In this document: in pieces, positions 30,944-40,661 of the stretch | How the letters are laid out: each line of letters opens with the position of its first letter | How positions within the stretch are numbered: position 1 is the first letter of the stretch | Assembly: GCA_963668315.1 (NCBI GenBank) | Contig: OY764216.1 | Location: 704,001-768,000, forward strand | Reading direction: 5' to 3' | From: Spirochaetia bacterium | GTDB lineage: Bacteria; Spirochaetota; Spirochaetia; DSM-2461 | Length of the DNA: 64,000 nt | Notes under the pieces: model-generated | Databases searched by the model: none | The model's input: the letters and a program-made list of their open reading frames with translations, nothing else | Told to the model about the DNA's origin: nothing | Translations under genes and position numbers: made by a program

Positions 30944-33904
30944 CTAATGTGTATCCGGTAAACTAATCCGGGCGATTCCTTTTCTTCCGTTCATGATGAC
31001 CTGGAACGGCTCTTTGAGCCGTACATGGCGGAAATACTCTCCCTTTCCGTACAGCGGGAGGGATTCCAGTTTCTTCCAGTCGCACAGGGAGGAGGTTTCC
31101 CCTTCCCGTATCATCAGATAGCCGATGCCCCCCGCCGTGAGGTTATGGAAGAAATGGGAGCCCTGGGAGGGTTCCACCATCAGTTCGTGCACGGCCGCTT
31201 CCACGATGACCGCCGCCTGGTCAATCTGCGGCCAGTTGACCGGTATCCCGAGAAACCGGTCCGCCGACCCCCAACGGCCCGGAGCCAGTAGAATATACCG
31301 CCTCCCCTCCTCCTTCATTCTCCGGTTCATCCCGCTGATCTCTCTGACCATTTCCTCCGTCCGGATTTTATCGAATAAAGGGGGGGGCAGAAAAATCAGA
31401 TCGGCGAGACCCGGTACCGTTCCATGGCCCAGGCTGTTCTCCGTATAGATGAGGGCCCCCTCCTTAACCGGTTCCGGCAGGATTCCCGTTCCGTTGAAAA
31501 CGGTCATACCCATGGGCCTGACCTGAAGGAGATAGAAAACGGGCAGGGGCAGGGTATCCAGATCGACGGCAAATTCGATCTCCGAAGGGCCTCCCAGCGC
31601 CTTGTCCAGCAGGACCAGAAGGCGTGACAGTATGGCATTAAGGGGAAATATGTCGTATTTCACAATATCGGGGAAATTGATGATCCGAGGCCCTTCGCGG
31701 TAGAGACCTTCCTCAATTTCCCCCTGGGTCAGAACCGAGGCGAGATGATCCATCATGCCGTCCTCCTCTGCTGCAGAAAGGGGATAGGGGATTTCCCGCT
31801 CTTTTCCTGTTCCCCCCTCCTTCGGGGGACTCTCATCACTCATATTCAGCGCGATAAATTCCGTCTGGGTGTACCGGATCAATTCATCCCGGCTCTGACA
31901 GGGAACTTCCGGCCTGAGGGGGCAATAGCGAAAGGCCCTTCCCCCTTCCACGACGCTCCTTCCCAGTCCCACGGCCATAAGTGCCACCGGATCCTCATGG
32001 CTCAGCCCGGGAGGAGGATAGTAGTTAAAAGACTGGGCCACTCCGGAAAAATGGGGATAGAACCGGGTTCCCCGGACCTGGCCGGCCAGTTCCTGAATAA
32101 GGACCCCCATTTTCTCTTCGTCCTGCTGGTATCCGTGCCCGGCGATAAATCGCCTCGTATCCTCCATAAAGGCCGAGGCATACACCTGCTTCACCGCGGA
32201 CAGAAGCTCCCTGAGCCGTATGGAATCATCGGGATGGCTGTTCGGCAGGAGGCAGGTATCGTAAATCCCGGCAAAGGGCTGGGCGTGGGAATCCTCCAGG
32301 AGAGAGGAGGATCTGACGGCGAGGGGTTTTCTGACAATTTCCAGATACTCCATCAAATGGGCTTCCGTCTCCCCATCCAGAATACTCTCCTGGAAAATGC
32401 GCCTTATCTCCCCGTCGGCCTTTCCATGGATCCGCTCAATGATTCTGTTCTCTTCCAGAAACTGATCATATTCATCGGTCGCCAGTATCAGCGTCCGGGG
32501 AATCCGGATATCCGCCCTGTCGATCTCTCCATTCAGTTCGGTACTTGTCAGAAGGGCATTGCAGAAGGCGATTCCCCTCCCCTTTCCCCCGAGCGAACCG
32601 TCCCTGAGGCGCAGAATGGTTTCATTGGAGAGGACCACCGAAGGATCGAATTCCACGATTTTCCCCCTGATCCGGCTGAGCCTGGCCTCCTGAAACGCCC
32701 GGATAAGATAACGCCGGTGATCTTCCGGCTCGGGAAAGTCATCTATCCTGATGGGCCTGAGACTGCGGGCTACCTGAAACTCTCCGTGGGCCACCAGCCA
32801 GGCGGAGAAGTGATTATGCCCGGCGTGGTGAAGAATGGATTCGATGGGCATGCGGGGAATAACCTCCTCCATCTCCGCCAGTGAGGAGGCCCGTCCCACT
32901 TCCACCCCTTCGGGATTGCGGAAAACAAAATCACCGAATCCCAGATTACTCTCAATGAAACGGCGCAGATCGGACATCAGATTCTCACTCTGCTTGAGAA
33001 TAAAATCCACTCCCAGTTCCCGGGCGTACTTCATGGACGTCTCTTCCGAAGACTGGAGAAGCATGGGCACGTCTTCAAACTCGCGTTTCAGCCGGCCTAT
33101 CAGATGAAGCCCCGCGTCGGGATCGGGGGCGCCGTTCTGGTTGAAGCGGATATCGGAGATCACGGAAATCAGATAGGGAGCATAAGCCCTGCTCAGCTCC
33201 ATGGCTTCCTCGTAGGTTTTTACATGGAGGATTTTCGGCCGGGTCCTCATCAGATAGTATTTCTGATTGTCGTTCAGCTCCTCCCTTATCAGCTTCTGAG
33301 TCTGAGTCATAATCTCCTGGTACATCAGGGGGAGAAAGCGGGAGTAATAGTCCACCGAATCTTCCACAAGCAGAATCACCCGGACCAGACCGTTTTCGGT
33401 ATCGTGGGGCGCGTTCCTGCGGTCCTCCACTGTCTTGATCATCGCCACAAAAAGACGGGAATCCCCGTTCCAAAGGAAAACATTCTCCAGGTGCCCGATT
33501 CGCTCCCCGTTCCGCCGGACGAATTCCATATCGCTTTTCACGGTCAGAAGAAGTATGACCGGCTGCTCGGGCAGGAAGGCATGTATCCTCTCCGAAAGTT
33601 CAAAGGGATCGGATTCCCCGATACGAAGGGTGGTTATGACCAGATCGAACGGCTCGGACTGAAGCAGGGCAAGAGCCTCGCTCCCCGAAGTAACGCTGGT
33701 GATCCTGGGTATGGTCGTCAAGTTGAGACGGAAATAGTCCCCCGTGATCTGCTCGGTAAGACGGCCGTCGTGCTCTATGGTATAGGCGTCATAAAAAGTG
33801 GCTACCAGTAGGATTTTTCTGACCCGGAAAGCCATGAGATTGTGGAAGTTATTTTCACCGATTTTAAGCCGGTTATGGAAGAAATTCAGATCATCGAGAT
33901 TCAA
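30944..33904 (-). CDS. Receiver-like + PEP/pyruvate-binding (PPDK N-terminal) domain protein
   Basis: ILLVEDS, GSLGGKGRG, PLAVRSSSLLED, FAGIY, LLQVRP, PGRWGS, SQGSHFFHN; TTG start after GGAGG. Confidence 0.85.
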   Translation of the reverse strand: MNLDDLNFFHNRLKIGENNFHNLMAFRVRKILLVATFYDAYTIEHDGRLTEQITGDYFRLNLTTIPRITSVTSGSEALALLQSEPFDLVITTLRIGESDPFELSERIHAFLPEQPVILLLTVKSDMEFVRRNGERIGHLENVFLWNGDSRLFVAMIKTVEDRRNAPHDTENGLVRVILLVEDSVDYYSRFLPLMYQEIMTQTQKLIREELNDNQKYYLMRTRPKILHVKTYEEAMELSRAYAPYLISVISDIRFNQNGAPDPDAGLHLIGRLKREFEDVPMLLQSSEETSMKYARELGVDFILKQSENLMSDLRRFIESNLGFGDFVFRNPEGVEVGRASSLAEMEEVIPRMPIESILHHAGHNHFSAWLVAHGEFQVARSLRPIRIDDFPEPEDHRRYLIRAFQEARLSRIRGKIVEFDPSVVLSNETILRLRDGSLGGKGRGIAFCNALLTSTELNGEIDRADIRIPRTLILATDEYDQFLEENRIIERIHGKADGEIRRIFQESILDGETEAHLMEYLEIVRKPLAVRSSSLLEDSHAQPFAGIYDTCLLPNSHPDDSIRLRELLSAVKQVYASAFMEDTRRFIAGHGYQQDEEKMGVLIQELAGQVRGTRFYPHFSGVAQSFNYYPPPGLSHEDPVALMAVGLGRSVVEGGRAFRYCPLRPEVPCQSRDELIRYTQTEFIALNMSDESPPKEGGTGKEREIPYPLSAAEEDGMMDHLASVLTQGEIEEGLYREGPRIINFPDIVKYDIFPLNAILSRLLVLLDKALGGPSEIEFAVDLDTLPLPVFYLLQVRPMGMTVFNGTGILPEPVKEGALIYTENSLGHGTVPGLADLIFLPPPLFDKIRTEEMVREISGMNRRMKEEGRRYILLAPGRWGSADRFLGIPVNWPQIDQAAVIVEAAVHELMVEPSQGSHFFHNLTAGGIGYLMIREGETSSLCDWKKLESLPLYGKGEYFRHVRLKEPFQVIMNGRKGIARISLPDTH

Positions 33905-34046
33905 GATTCCTCCGGGAACATAATAATGATGTCCCCTGGTATAATTATAGAACGTTCCGTTGAGATTGCAAATCAGAAAGGGAGCCAGGTTCCTTCCGGG
34001 CCGAAGTGATCATGGGTGTGCTTTTTCATCATCCTTTCCTGACGGC

Positions 34047-34925
34047 TTAGTATTTCATCGATAGAATTAGGCCTGCAGGCATTGCCTGAACAGTGAAATC
34101 AGCCAGATATTCATCATCGGATTGACCGTTTTTAACGATTCTTGTGTGTATCCAGGGGACCAGAATACCGCAAGCGGTACCGGCGACGGCACCGGCAATC
34201 ACATCGGTCGGGAAATGATCGCCGCTCGCGACCCGGCAGACGGCAGTGCTTAACGCGATGAAACAGGAAGAGCCTATGACAGGAATTTTCCAGCTTGAAT
34301 CGGGGAAATATGTACTGAAAACATAGCTCGTGAATGATGCTCCGGCGAAGGCCAGAGTCGTATGGCCCGAGGGAAAGGATTTGTTCCAGTCATGACTTTG
34401 GACCGCTTCCCGGGGATAGTCATCATAATACATGAAGGGCCTGGCTCTCCCGATGCATAACTTGCCTAGTTCCTTGACGCCGTATGCGAGAGCCATCGTT
34501 TCCGCGTACATAGTTCCTATGGTAATCCATTGATCCGATGGGGCGGCAAGCAAAACCGACGGCGATAATACAGAGACCAGCCCCATGTATGTTCCGAGAT
34601 CATCAATTGACGCCGAATTGGAATTCATGAACAGGCGATCAAATCCGTTTACCTGAATTGGATCATAGATGTTTCCATCAAAATCGGGTTGGTTTACCTC
34701 TCTGACCTTGTCAAAATAAAGAACCGTTCCATTTAACACGGCTGCGGCGGCAATAACGGATGAATCAAGTCCCGGATCAAGGCAAAAGGGAGAGCCGAAA
34801 TTTCCATCAGCGCCATGATCAAGGGAGAGCAGAGAAGAGGCGGCCAGCAAGATCAGAATAGCGGCCATACAATTTTTTTTGAACAATGTGTTACTCCTGA
34901 ATTTCATTTCGGGGCAGTTAGCCAC
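34047..34925 (-). CDS. PAP2 family phosphatase
   Basis: K...GRARP, SFPSGH, RVASGDHFPTDV; start uncertain. Confidence 0.88.
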   Translation of the reverse strand: MANCPEMKFRSNTLFKKNCMAAILILLAASSLLSLDHGADGNFGSPFCLDPGLDSSVIAAAAVLNGTVLYFDKVREVNQPDFDGNIYDPIQVNGFDRLFMNSNSASIDDLGTYMGLVSVLSPSVLLAAPSDQWITIGTMYAETMALAYGVKELGKLCIGRARPFMYYDDYPREAVQSHDWNKSFPSGHTTLAFAGASFTSYVFSTYFPDSSWKIPVIGSSCFIALSTAVCRVASGDHFPTDVIAGAVAGTACGILVPWIHTRIVKNGQSDDEYLADFTVQAMPAGLILSMKY

Positions 34926-34978
34926 AAAATGATCGGAGCAACCAGAAATATGTGTTTACATCGGCGATACTTTTCGTA

Positions 34979-35590
34979 TCATTCTTTTTTCAGAAGCAAC
35001 GTTACCTTAAACAAGAGGATGAAGAAGAGAAATGTGGTATCATAGGGCTGGCGGATCATAATCGAAAAGAGCACCAAAAATACCGACAGCAGGGATGAGG
35101 CAAGAATCTTCGCTTTGAGCCAGTTTGGGCTTCGGAGATTTTGCAGAGCCAATTCCACAATGCCAAAGAGCGCGGACAAAATAATCTGAAAATAACAAAT
35201 CAGTAATACATAATAGGGAGCGTTAAAATCGGGCAAGGCGATATGCTCGACCCGATTGCCCAGATCGTTGCCGAAAAAGGGCAAAACAAAGAGTAATACC
35301 GGCATAATGTCTAAAAGTCCGAAAACTAATGATCGGAGATTTCTTGACGTTTCCTGGTTTTGGTTCTCCGCCAAGGTAATAAGCTCATCGCTGGAAAGAA
35401 GATCATCAATCGAAACGGAGAAAACTTTCGCAATGAGTTTTAGCGAATCAATATTGGGATAGCCCCGTCCGGATTCCCATTTTGACACGGTAACCCTGGA
35501 AACAAAAAGTCTTTCTGCCAATTGTTCCTGGGTTAAGCCGCTGTTTGTTCTAAGCTGTTGTAATTTTGCATTAAATTCCATTTTATCCAT
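34979..35590 (-). CDS. XRE-family HTH regulator with C-terminal TM segments
   Basis: LTQEQLAERLFVSRVTVSKWESGRGYP; hydrophobic C-terminus. Confidence 0.88.
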   Translation of the reverse strand: MDKMEFNAKLQQLRTNSGLTQEQLAERLFVSRVTVSKWESGRGYPNIDSLKLIAKVFSVSIDDLLSSDELITLAENQNQETSRNLRSLVFGLLDIMPVLLFVLPFFGNDLGNRVEHIALPDFNAPYYVLLICYFQIILSALFGIVELALQNLRSPNWLKAKILASSLLSVFLVLFSIMIRQPYDTTFLFFILLFKVTLLLKKE

Positions 35591-35754
35591 TTCTTAAGAA
35601 GAATACTATTTCCAGATTATACCGTATATTTTTTTTCTATCAGGCTCAACGTGAAAAAATCTTAACATATCCTTTCTCTCTTTGCTATGAATCTTTTGAT
35701 CCTGATTTCTCGTGTTATGTGGGAAAATTAGCCATGGGAGCCGGCTGGGAGAAT

Positions 35755-35794
35755 AAAAAAACGGGATATCCCCACCATGGGACACCCCGTTTTT
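35755..35794 (-). terminator. Rho-independent terminator after SHOCT gene
   Basis: Minus strand CGGGGTGTCC...GGATATCCCG stem with G-U pairs followed by U7. Confidence 0.7.
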
Positions 35795-35815
35795 AAATAT
35801 CCGGAAAGGTCGCTT

Positions 35816-36058
35816 TTATTTCCTTAACGTTTCCCTTTTCGCACGGTATTCCTCTTCACTGATCTCACCGTTTACAAATCTCTTTTTAAGCAAATCCAGG
35901 GGAGATTCACTCTTTTCGTCGTGACGGTTCCCCTTCCAAATAAAATATATAACAGCGGCAATAAGTAACACGCCCAGAATCATCATAATAACACCTCCGT
36001 AATTAAACCTGCCATATTGAAAAAAACCATCGCATAAATGGCCAAATGACCTATACAT
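35816..36058 (-). CDS. SHOCT domain membrane protein
   Basis: One TM then PLDLLKKRFVNGEISEEEY. Confidence 0.88.
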   Translation of the reverse strand: MYRSFGHLCDGFFQYGRFNYGGVIMMILGVLLIAAVIYFIWKGNRHDEKSESPLDLLKKRFVNGEISEEEYRAKRETLRK

Positions 36059-36156
36059 AAGGGCCTCCTTTTTCTTTCATTCTACCGGATAAATATAAAC
36101 AAAATATGAACCGTATCGGAATTATTTCCTCTGCCTGTTCATTTCAACCTCCCCGA

Positions 36157-38622
36157 TTACTGCGGATCGTAGCCGGCATTCCGTACGGCCGATTTAATCT
36201 CATCAAGGACTTTTTCCGTCTCTCCGTTCAGTTCCACGGTCAGTTCCTTTTTTTTCAGGTCCACCTCAGCCTTTTCCACCTCCGTGACGGCAAGAGCGGC
36301 CTTCTCCACGGCCATCTTACAGTGTCCGCATGACATTCCTTCTACCTTGATCGTTGCTTTCATTTTATTTTCCTCCATGGATTCGATCTGTTTATTTTTC
36401 TTACCGGATAATTTCCGTTTCATATTAAAACGCTTTAAGCTGAGTGAGTTGCTGACAACCGATACGGAGCTGAAAGCCATGGCCGCTCCCGCGATGATGG
36501 GATTCAAAAAACCCAGGGCGGCAAAGGGAATGCCCAAAGAATTATAGAAAAAAGCCCAGAACAGATTCTGTTTGATCTTTTTCATCGTCTCCCGGGAGAG
36601 ATAAATCGCTGTGGCTATTTCCCTCAGATCCCCCCTCATCAGGGTAATATCCGATGATTCCATGGCTATGTCCGAACCCTCCCCCATGGCTATTCCGATA
36701 TCCGCCGTGGCCAGGGCCGGAGAATCATTAACTCCGTCTCCCGTCATAGCGACGACATGTCCCTCATCCTGCAGCTTCCTCACTTCCTCCGCTTTTCCTT
36801 CGGGGAGGACTTCGGCCAGAACATTCTCTATCCCGGCTTCCTCGGCTATGGCCAGAGCGGTTCTTCGGTTATCCCCGGTTATCATATAGATATCCAGTCC
36901 CAGCTCCTTCAGCAGGGAGATCCCTTCCTTCGAATGCTCTTTGATACCGTCGGCAACGGCAAGCAGGGCGATAATATCCGTACGGTTTGCCATGATCACC
37001 ACCGTATGACCTTTGCTTTCCCACTCATTCTTTACGCCGATTATGCTGCCCAGAGAATAACGTTCATCCAGAGACTGGATATAATCCTCCGTTCCGATGA
37101 AGTACTGCTTTCCCTCGATAATACCGGAAATTCCCTTTCCCGGAAGGGAAGAAAAATCCTCAGTCGGCTTCAGCTGAATCTCCTTCTCCCGTGCTTTCGC
37201 GACAATGGCCTTACCCAGGGGATGTTCAGACTTCAGCTCCAGTGAAGCCGCCAGAGCCAGTAATTCATCTTCCCCCAGCGCTGCGTCGGAAGGATTCATT
37301 CCGATTATTTTCCTGACTTCCGGCTTACCCTGCGTGATGGTTCCTGTTTTATCCAGAATCAAGGCTGACAGCTTCCCCGCCTGCTGAAGTACCTCTCCGT
37401 TCTTTATAAGAATTCCCTTCTGGGCTCCCAATCCCGTTCCCACCATGATGGCCGTAGGCGTGGCTAACCCAAGGGCGCATGGACAGGCAATGACAAGAAC
37501 GGAAACGGCAGCGATCAGTCCGTGTGCGGGCGAACCGAGAGCAAGCCACCATATAAGAAAGGTCAACAGAGCGATAGCCAGAACAACGGGAACGAATACC
37601 GAGGCGACCTTGTCGGCCAGCTGCTGGATGGGCGCTTTGGAACCCTGAGCTTCTTCCACGATGGCGATTATCCGGGAAAGAACCGAGTCTTTCCCTACCC
37701 GTTCGGCTTCCATTCGCAACGACCCGTAGCTATTTATCGTTCCGCTTGTAACGGAGTCTCCCGGTTTTTTCTCGACGGGCATACTTTCGCCGGTGATCAT
37801 GCTTTCATCCACGGCGGAATTTCCTTCCAGAACGGTGCCGTCCACGGGAATTCGATCGCCCGGCCTGATCAGCAGTATATCGCGGGGGACGACGTCGCTG
37901 ATGGGTATCTCCACATCCTTTCCGTCCCTTTCCACCAGCGCCGTTTTCGGCTGAAGACCCATCAGTTTTTTTATCGCTTCCGATGTTTTCCCCTTGGCCC
38001 GGCTTTCAAAATACTTGCCCAGCAATATCAGGGTAATGATCAGAGAAGACGCCTCAAAGTAAAGCCCTGCGGACATGCCTGCTCCGGGAGTATGGAAAAA
38101 ACCATTGTAGATACTGTAGAAATAGGCCGCCGATGTACCCAGGGCGACAAGGACATCCATGCCGGGACTGCCCGCCCTGACAGATTTCCATCCGGCTTTA
38201 TAGAACCGGGCTCCCACAATAAACTGCACAGGTGTGGCAAGGACAAGCTGCAGCAGGGGATTATGAAGAAACATGAGGGCCTCAATTTTGAGAAGCCCGG
38301 CGAACATGGCCAGTAGCAGGGGAGCACTTAGGAGGGAGGAGATAATCAGTCTTATCTCGAGAGATCTGAGCTTTCCCTTCTCGGAATCAGCCTCCTCCCC
38401 GCCTTCAGCCGGCAGAGAAGCGCCGTATCCCGCATCGACGACACTCTGGATAATTTCCTCGATGCTCACTTTCTCCGGATCATAGCTGACTGTGGCCTTG
38501 TCGGTTGCCAGGTTCACGGCAGCCATATCAATCCCGCTCTTTTTTTTGATACCCTTTTCAACATGGGCGACACAGGATGCACATGTCATCCCCTTTATAT
38601 CAAGCTGTATAATTTCCATCAC
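36157..38622 (-). CDS. copA: Cu(I)-translocating P1B-type ATPase with N- and C-terminal HMA domains
   Basis: GMTCASC, TGES, CPC, DKTGT, HP, GDGVND, C-terminal GMSCGHC. Confidence 0.95.
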   Translation of the reverse strand: MMEIIQLDIKGMTCASCVAHVEKGIKKKSGIDMAAVNLATDKATVSYDPEKVSIEEIIQSVVDAGYGASLPAEGGEEADSEKGKLRSLEIRLIISSLLSAPLLLAMFAGLLKIEALMFLHNPLLQLVLATPVQFIVGARFYKAGWKSVRAGSPGMDVLVALGTSAAYFYSIYNGFFHTPGAGMSAGLYFEASSLIITLILLGKYFESRAKGKTSEAIKKLMGLQPKTALVERDGKDVEIPISDVVPRDILLIRPGDRIPVDGTVLEGNSAVDESMITGESMPVEKKPGDSVTSGTINSYGSLRMEAERVGKDSVLSRIIAIVEEAQGSKAPIQQLADKVASVFVPVVLAIALLTFLIWWLALGSPAHGLIAAVSVLVIACPCALGLATPTAIMVGTGLGAQKGILIKNGEVLQQAGKLSALILDKTGTITQGKPEVRKIIGMNPSDAALGEDELLALAASLELKSEHPLGKAIVAKAREKEIQLKPTEDFSSLPGKGISGIIEGKQYFIGTEDYIQSLDERYSLGSIIGVKNEWESKGHTVVIMANRTDIIALLAVADGIKEHSKEGISLLKELGLDIYMITGDNRRTALAIAEEAGIENVLAEVLPEGKAEEVRKLQDEGHVVAMTGDGVNDSPALATADIGIAMGEGSDIAMESSDITLMRGDLREIATAIYLSRETMKKIKQNLFWAFFYNSLGIPFAALGFLNPIIAGAAMAFSSVSVVSNSLSLKRFNMKRKLSGKKNKQIESMEENKMKATIKVEGMSCGHCKMAVEKAALAVTEVEKAEVDLKKKELTVELNGETEKVLDEIKSAVRNAGYDPQ

Positions 38623-38628
38623 AGCCTC

Positions 38629-38907
38629 CTATTTGATCATTTTTCTTATCGTCCTCGATAATTCGTCAATCACTTCCGTTTGACCGGCCTGAATCTGCTC
38701 GACGACACAGCTTCGCATATGAGCTTCCAGCAGCTGAGTCTTAACGCCGGCAATCGCCGATTCCACACTCATGAACTGATGCAGGATATCATCGCAGTAG
38801 ACATCTTCTTCAATCATCCTGGTGATACCGCGTATCTGCCCTTCGATCCGGTTCATCCGCTTCACCATCTCGGTTTTAGCTTCGTATGAATGGTGCGCTT
38901 TTCTCAT
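38629..38907 (-). CDS. csoR: Copper-sensing repressor, CsoR family
   Basis: RIEGQIRGI, YCDDILHQ, HMRSCV; directly upstream of copA. Confidence 0.9.
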   Translation of the reverse strand: MRKAHHSYEAKTEMVKRMNRIEGQIRGITRMIEEDVYCDDILHQFMSVESAIAGVKTQLLEAHMRSCVVEQIQAGQTEVIDELSRTIRKMIK

Positions 38908-38919
38908 CGCCTGCTCCTT

Positions 38920-38974
38920 GTATAGGGTACCCCCCTATACTATCAATTATATATACTACCAAATATATAGTCAA
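38920..38974 (-). promoter_or_regulatory. csoR-copA promoter and CsoR-type operator
   Basis: TTGACT-N17-TATAAT (38974-38946); palindrome GTATAGGG-N5-CCCTATAC with G/C tract (38920-38940). Confidence 0.8.
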
Positions 38975-39024
38975 TATTTTTATGCTTCCTTTCTCAAATC
39001 CCATTCCAACTCCTTGCATACCCC

Positions 39025-39054
39025 TTGACAAAGTATGTAACCGATAAGTAACAT
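39025..39054 (+). promoter_or_regulatory. TetR gene promoter with operator copy 1
   Basis: TTGACA-N18-TAACAT; ATGTAACCGATAAGTAACAT at 39035-39054. Confidence 0.7.
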
Positions 39055-39060
39055 GATTAT

Positions 39061-39642
39061 ATGAAAGATCGGAGCAAAACAGAAGAAGAGATTCTCTCTG
39101 CCGTAGATACAGTCATCTGCCGGGAAGGATTTACCTCCCTCGGAGTAAACGCCGTCGCCAGGGAGGCGGGAGTATCAAAGGTACTGATCTACCGGTATTT
39201 TGATGATTTTGACGGTCTCATAAGGCGCTGGGCAGAGAAGAACAACTATTGGACGGAAAAAAACAGCCAGATAGACGGGGACGCCGATTCGAAGGAACTG
39301 GTTAAATCCATCTTTGCCGAATACGGCCGCAGCTTACGGAAAGACGCCGCCCGAAGGGAAATGCTGCGATGGCTGCTTGCCAGGGATACCGATACGGGCC
39401 GCCGGATTATGGAAAGGACCGAAGAAAGCGGCCTCGAGCTCTCCCGTCTTTTCACCAGCCGTTCCTCCGCCGAGAAAAGTTGTGACACCGAAGCTCTGTT
39501 CGCTCTGTTGACGGCGGGAATATCCTATTTGTCTCTCATGGAAGACCGGGCCGGAGTATTCAACGGGATAGATATCCGATCAGCCGAGGGCTGGGAGCGG
39601 ATTAATAGAATGATCAGCGCTATTATCGATGAATTGCTTTGA
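39061..39642 (+). CDS. TetR/AcrR family regulator
   Basis: LGVNAVAREAGVSKVLIYRYF. Confidence 0.92.
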   Translation: MKDRSKTEEEILSAVDTVICREGFTSLGVNAVAREAGVSKVLIYRYFDDFDGLIRRWAEKNNYWTEKNSQIDGDADSKELVKSIFAEYGRSLRKDAARREMLRWLLARDTDTGRRIMERTEESGLELSRLFTSRSSAEKSCDTEALFALLTAGISYLSLMEDRAGVFNGIDIRSAEGWERINRMISAIIDELL

Positions 39643-39673
39643 CGGATTAAGGGCGGTCTTTTTTAACAACCAA

Positions 39674-39693
39674 ATGTAACCGACAGGTAACAT
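39674..39693 (+). promoter_or_regulatory. Putative TetR operator copy 2
   Basis: ATGTAACCGACAGGTAACAT, 18/20 identical to 39035-39054. Confidence 0.7.
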
Positions 39694-39733
39694 CAATGCC
39701 TCATGAACTTGTTCATATAATAAAGGAGATAAC

Positions 39734-40651
39734 ATGAATAAATATCTTTTCTGCCTGCTGATGCTCCCGGCCTGCTTATGGTCCGGGGAGCTTCAGTTCG
39801 GCGCCGACTCGGCTTTCTACCCTAAAGACAGGGGAAAGAGCCCGGAATTTCAGGTCTGGACCGGCTTCTCCGATTCACAGCCGATACTGAGAGGGGATTC
39901 CGCGTTAAGGGAAAATAACAATTTTGCCGTTCAGGGCAAGTTAAGCTTCTCCCCCGTCTCTCTGGGATCAGATCTGATCTGTCAGCTTACGCCCCTGGCC
40001 TTTCTGAAGCTGGAGCAGGGAATCCACCTGGGCACGGGATGGACTCTCGGGGAAGACATAATCGGCCTGGGACTGAACAAAGACGGATCGTCAGATCAAT
40101 CCATAGAATCCCTTAGCGGCGTTGTCTGCAAGACATGGCTCGGGGTGACGATTCAGTTTGACCTGGCGGCAGTCCTCCCCGACCCGGGCGAATTCAGCCA
40201 TCTGGTTTTTCAGTCCTCCTTCAGTACCTGCTTCCAGTATTACAGCGGAGCGGATAGGGATGAGCCCTGGAGATATCAGGCGGATGAGGGAGAAAATTTC
40301 AATGGATTTCTTGGTAAGAATCGAACTGTACTGGGATACGTCATTCCCCGCTCACCGATTGATTTCGCCGGATTTATTCTGGAGACGGAGGGATACCTCG
40401 GCTCTACGGCCTCCCTTAGCCGAATAGATGACAGCGGCTGGGGTTTAGATTTTGTTGAAGTGCGCCTGGGCCCTCTGGCCAACTGGCAGATCAGCGGCGG
40501 CCATTCACTCTCTTTTCTTGTCCAGTGGAAAAACAGCCGCGCCTATACCGCTGAATCGAAAGAGGAAGATTTTTTCATGAATAGAATATGCACAGGACAG
40601 GGACAGCTTTCTTTTGAGAGAATCGCCCTTTCCTATAAATATGTCTGGTAA
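39734..40651 (+). CDS. Exported hypothetical protein, probable outer-membrane beta-barrel
   Basis: AAGGAG SD, signal peptide, ends ALSYKYVW; paralog of 28527-29585. Confidence 0.7.
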   Translation: MNKYLFCLLMLPACLWSGELQFGADSAFYPKDRGKSPEFQVWTGFSDSQPILRGDSALRENNNFAVQGKLSFSPVSLGSDLICQLTPLAFLKLEQGIHLGTGWTLGEDIIGLGLNKDGSSDQSIESLSGVVCKTWLGVTIQFDLAAVLPDPGEFSHLVFQSSFSTCFQYYSGADRDEPWRYQADEGENFNGFLGKNRTVLGYVIPRSPIDFAGFILETEGYLGSTASLSRIDDSGWGLDFVEVRLGPLANWQISGGHSLSFLVQWKNSRAYTAESKEEDFFMNRICTGQGQLSFERIALSYKYVW

Positions 40652-40661
40652 GGGGAGGACA

